A stretch of DNA of 64,000 nt from Lama glama. Its lineage: Eukaryota. Numbering within the stretch: the stretch's first letter is position 1; every line of letters starts with the position of its first letter. Shown here one piece after another: positions 59,901 through 64,000 of the stretch. A program made the translations under genes and the position numbers. Location: the NCBI GenBank assembly GCA_028534125.1, contig CM052817.1, forward strand, positions 37,822,001 through 37,886,000. The letters are read 5' to 3'. The notes below the pieces were generated by a model. It did not search any database. It was not told where the DNA came from and worked only from the letters and a program-made list of their open reading frames with translations.

Positions 59901-62900
59901 GCGGAGTTTGTGGGTTCTTTCTCCACCTTCTTCTGAAAGCCATGGTGTTGTGCTGTCCAGACACTCTGGGGAGAAAGGAAGTCTAGAGCCATGTCACAGC
60001 CTAGAGGCCAAGGAAGATCACGGCTGAAAGTTGTCCATTAATTTTAATGACATTTACCACTAACAAGAACTTCTTTGCTGTCATGTTGGCCGAGAAGACA
60101 GATCACAGGAGGCTGAGGATCTCCCGGGAGATAAGGAAGCAAAGACAGCAGGTGTACTCAGTGTTGTCCAGATGTTTGACGGGTAGAGTGAGGAGAGAGG
60201 AGCTGGGAAATTCTGGATGACAGACTCAGGATAGGGAAAAAAAGTCATGGAAATGGATGAATGTGGGGGTAGACCAGAGAGGGGTTCTCTATGAGAGGAA
60301 TAAATTTGAGACAAATTGCTTTTTCTAGAAGGCAGGTATGGCCCCAAATAATCATAAACAATCCTTGATTATAATTTCCAGAATTTGTTGCTTTTTAAAA
60401 ATCGCTACAGCCATACAGTAATTAGTTGACTGCCATTACTCGCATCAGCAGCATTAAATTTGGAAACAAAACCTATGGCCAGGATCATACTGATTTGTGA
60501 TTTCTCTCTTGAGAATCTTGGGAACAAATAATTATAAGTTTTAACTGGGTATAACCAGACATAAATAGAGTGCTCTCACCTAGAACAAACGATAATCATA
60601 TTTTAGTGCATTTCACTCCATTTGCTCATTTTTTCCCCATTTATTACAGATGGCAAGAGTTGCCTTGGGGAAGTTTCCCTAAAATTGCTTTTCCTTATAA
60701 CTTCAAATCAGGTTTAATTTTGACCTTAGGCTTTTGTCTTAGAAGGTCAGTTGGACCAACATCCCTGCTGTAACCTCCAGATGATTAAGGAGTTCTTATG
60801 AAAGATTTTGTGGAAAGTTACAGGATGAACTGGCCTATTTCTCTGTGGGAAGGTAGGGCACAGGAAATGTCACAAATGCCAAAGTGGTACTGTGCTGTGT
60901 TAAACCACAAACAGTGCCTTTATAACAAAGGTGGATTGGAATGTGTTCTTTAATATTCTATGTAATTTGATGAGTGGTATCTTTCCTTTTTTCTATTGTA
61001 GAGAGCTGAATTACTGAGACTATATACATATTTTTACTGAATCTCAAAGATGTATTAATTCCAGAAGTTTTTTCCTTCTTTATCTTAAATTCACAGCATG
61101 AGTTTGATGACCTTATGAAACTTTTTGGAATAATTAAAAAAAAATCCTCCTGGTGAAGGAGAATGATTTATAAAATGATGAGTTTAAGCTTAAAGTTGTA
61201 TTAATGTAAAGTTCTATTTAAGATAAAGTTTGTTTAAAGTTTTATTAAATTGATTTCAATGTAAAATGCATTTAAATGTGAAGTTTTATTATTTTAACAC
61301 CTTAACTTTGTTGTATTTGTTTGTGCTTTTTTGAAACATTCATAGTACATTTGTATATTATTTGAAGAAAAAAATAGTGTGCTATGAGTAGAGCTCTGCT
61401 ATCTGCACTAATCATACCTTTTTAGGAAAAAAATGTAAGGTTATCACCTTCATCTTAGAGTCTACGTTTAGGTGTCAGTAAAAGGAAAGGGGAGTGGAAA
61501 GCAAGGTTAATGACAGACAAATACAGTTAACGATTAAGTGAATTTCAGTTACAAGCCCAGCAAAAGCATAGGCAAAACCATTTAAAGAATCATTTTGGTA
61601 ATTTTTTCCCTTCTGAACAGGCCTTGTAGGTAATTATACTTGCTGAGTCATTTGTCTCCTTGTGCATTTCCTCATATTAACTATAAAATCTATTTCAGGA
61701 GGTTCATTTCATGATTGATTTGTTGATAAAAAATGCTTGAGCCATCCCCTGTGAAAAGGCTTCAGTGACTATTTGCTTGAGGAAATTCTCAGTACGTAGT
61801 CTTGACTGAATGAAAAGCAGGGCAATGAGGCCAATGGAGATCCTTTTGCCTTCCAGGTCAGCGAGAGTGTGAGGGCGAAGGGCCACCTGTGCTCTCGGAG
61901 TGCGCCTCTCAGCATCCCTTTCTGGGAGTTGTGAACAGAGGGGCCTTTTCCCTCTGTTGGGCTTGTTGTGCTGAGACTCTACTCTTGAGTTTACAGGCTG
62001 ATACAGGGTGCAGAGGGGACTCTGAACCACATTCAAACTGAGCATGCCTATACATCACGTAAGAGAAATTTCCTGTAGTCAAAGGAAATGACCGAGTCTG
62101 CCCTGAGTTCTGTGTCCTGCCCGTGTGCCATTACGTGCAGGGATGGATTGTCCTTCCTGGCTTCTGTCACTGTCTGCCTTGTGTGGAAGTATCACTGCCT
62201 TTGGAAAAACCTGTTTTTCCAGCTCATGCTTTGCTGGGAGCTTGAGAAAGGCTGTAGAATGTCTTTGATTTTAAGAACTTTCCTGGTGGCTTAAGTCAAC
62301 CTTGAGAGAGGAAGGCACTGTTCCTCCCCAGCTCCCCTGTAAAGATTCGTTAGCTCAGGTGTTAATATATATAGTGACCTGCCCTCTGTCTCTGAGTTTA
62401 TAGTTTTATTATAGATCATTCACAACATTGATAAACTGCTTGACAATGTTTATGTTATCTCTTTGGTAATTTTTTTGAACCGTTTTTTATTCAACAAATA
62501 TTTATTGAGTATCTGTTACATGCTAGGCATTGTGCTGTAATTGTAGGAAGAAAATGAATAGTATACAATTTTTACACATGATCTATTGGTACCCAGAAGG
62601 AATACCAACAAATATATTTAACAGGTTTTAATTGGCTTATCATTTTGATAAATAATTTGGAATACTAACCCATCATTATGATTATATCAAGTTAAAATAC
62701 AGAAATGAAAGCAGACTCCTTTGCAGTGATCCCTACTGCTTCTCTGAGTCTCTACCAGAGCTTCTCTCAGGTGTGGAAGAGCAGACAGGGAAAAGTAATG
62801 ACAAAGATGAAATTTACCTTGAAAGCCTGCTGCTTGCATCTGCTTTTGATTCACTTGTGGGTAGCTCATAAATCCTATCAGGTTGAGGAGTTCCTTAAGT

Positions 62901-63339
62901 TAGCTGGTACCGGAGGTTCTCACGAACTTCTATTTGAATGCATAGAAACTTAAAATAAGTGCCATATTATTGTTGTATTATTTCCCATAAAACGATTCTG
63001 ATTATTCTGAACAACACAACACAATACACATTCTCATATAAATAGGTACTCGTTTTAAGGGAGAAAGACATCTATGTACATACACTCACACACAGCCGTG
63101 TACACATATACTCTTGTGTTCTCTCTGATGGCCCATCATAACTGAACTTTCCTGAATTAAGGATGTAAAATTCTACTAAATTTAAAGTCTAGAAAATAGA
63201 TGCCTCTGTCAGTCCTTATCTAAGTAAGATTTAATTGTTTTAGCTTCTTCATTGCTTAATGATCTTTATAACTTTGGGTGTAGCTGCATTTGAAAACAAC
63301 GGAAGACATAAGAAATATAAGTTTTCCCAAAAAGATTCA

Positions 63340-63430
63340 TTTTCCCTCTCTCCCTTTCTTCCTCCCTCCTCTTTCCTCCTTTTCCTTCCTCCCTTCTTCC
63401 CTTTCTCTCTTTCTTTCTTTCTTCATTCAT
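63340..63430 (+). repeat. Polypyrimidine low-complexity tract
   Basis: ttccctctctccctttcttcctccctcc... Confidence 0.85.
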
Positions 63431-64000
63431 TTTGGGAAAGTAGAAACGAGATGACCTGCAAAGACTAGAGAAGGAGGTTATTCAACAAAAGTAGGAGAAG
63501 GAAAAATGAATTTGTGACTTGGGATCTTTGCATAGGGCTATGGCAGGAGGCACAGAGGAGAACAAAGTGAACAGGACAGGCATGGGGGAGGGGAAGTCAC
63601 ACTGTTTTAAGCCCCGAATGGGGATCTCTTTTCGCTACTGGCCCAGACCAAGCTCAGGACCTTGTCCTTGCCCAAGGTGACAGGCCGTGGATAGTAAAAG
63701 GCATCTTCCTCTTTATTACATAGTGCTGGTTTCCTACTTAAATGAAATTGTAATGTAACAGTGCAATTTAATGTCTAGATGAATTGTGTTCTTAAAATTT
63801 CTGTAATGGTAATAAAATGAAAAAGAGTAGAACTAAGAGATCAGTGAGTTAAAGACTTACATGCATTCATCCAGCTGATTAAGATGTGTGTAAATATGTT
63901 TATATGTGTGAAGCATGTTTGATTACAAATAGAGTTTATAGCATTTTATAAACTTTAAATAATTATTGAGAATTTAGAAAAATATAGTATTTAAAAATGT

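Noticed and set aside
1..64000. ORF-track ORFs as real genes
   Set aside because: Short and without recognisable domains. The only protein-like ones are frameshifted L1 ORF2 pieces; the others overlap L2, LTR or microsatellite sequence.
1..64000. Prokaryotic-type systems (CRISPR, operons, defence islands)
   Set aside because: The sequence is mammalian and non-coding, with no regularly spaced repeats or operon structure.

Overview
Mammalian, non-coding, repeat-rich genomic DNA. tRNA-Ala-derived Vic-1-type SINEs and the L1 3' UTR type suggest a camelid (camel/alpaca/llama). No intact protein-coding exon is present; the ORF track is repeat-derived or random. The gene-level signal is the proximal promoter and the first two 5'-leader exons of MAPK10 (JNK3) on the + strand: exon A ~36240-36683 and exon B 41848-41962. 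I recognised these from recall of the human mRNA leader plus canonical splice signals, so they need BLAST confirmation. The first coding exon lies beyond the window. The most interesting structure is the leader: nine upstream AUGs, a 26-codon uORF created only by the A-B splice, a possible facultative intron inside exon A, a candidate cassette exon that would truncate the spliced uORF, and a compact CRE/E-box/RFX X-box promoter. The rest is L1, L2, MIR, LTR (MER21, MLT1), hAT elements and microsatellites. Repeat subfamily names come from recall of consensus sequences, and repeat boundaries are approximate.
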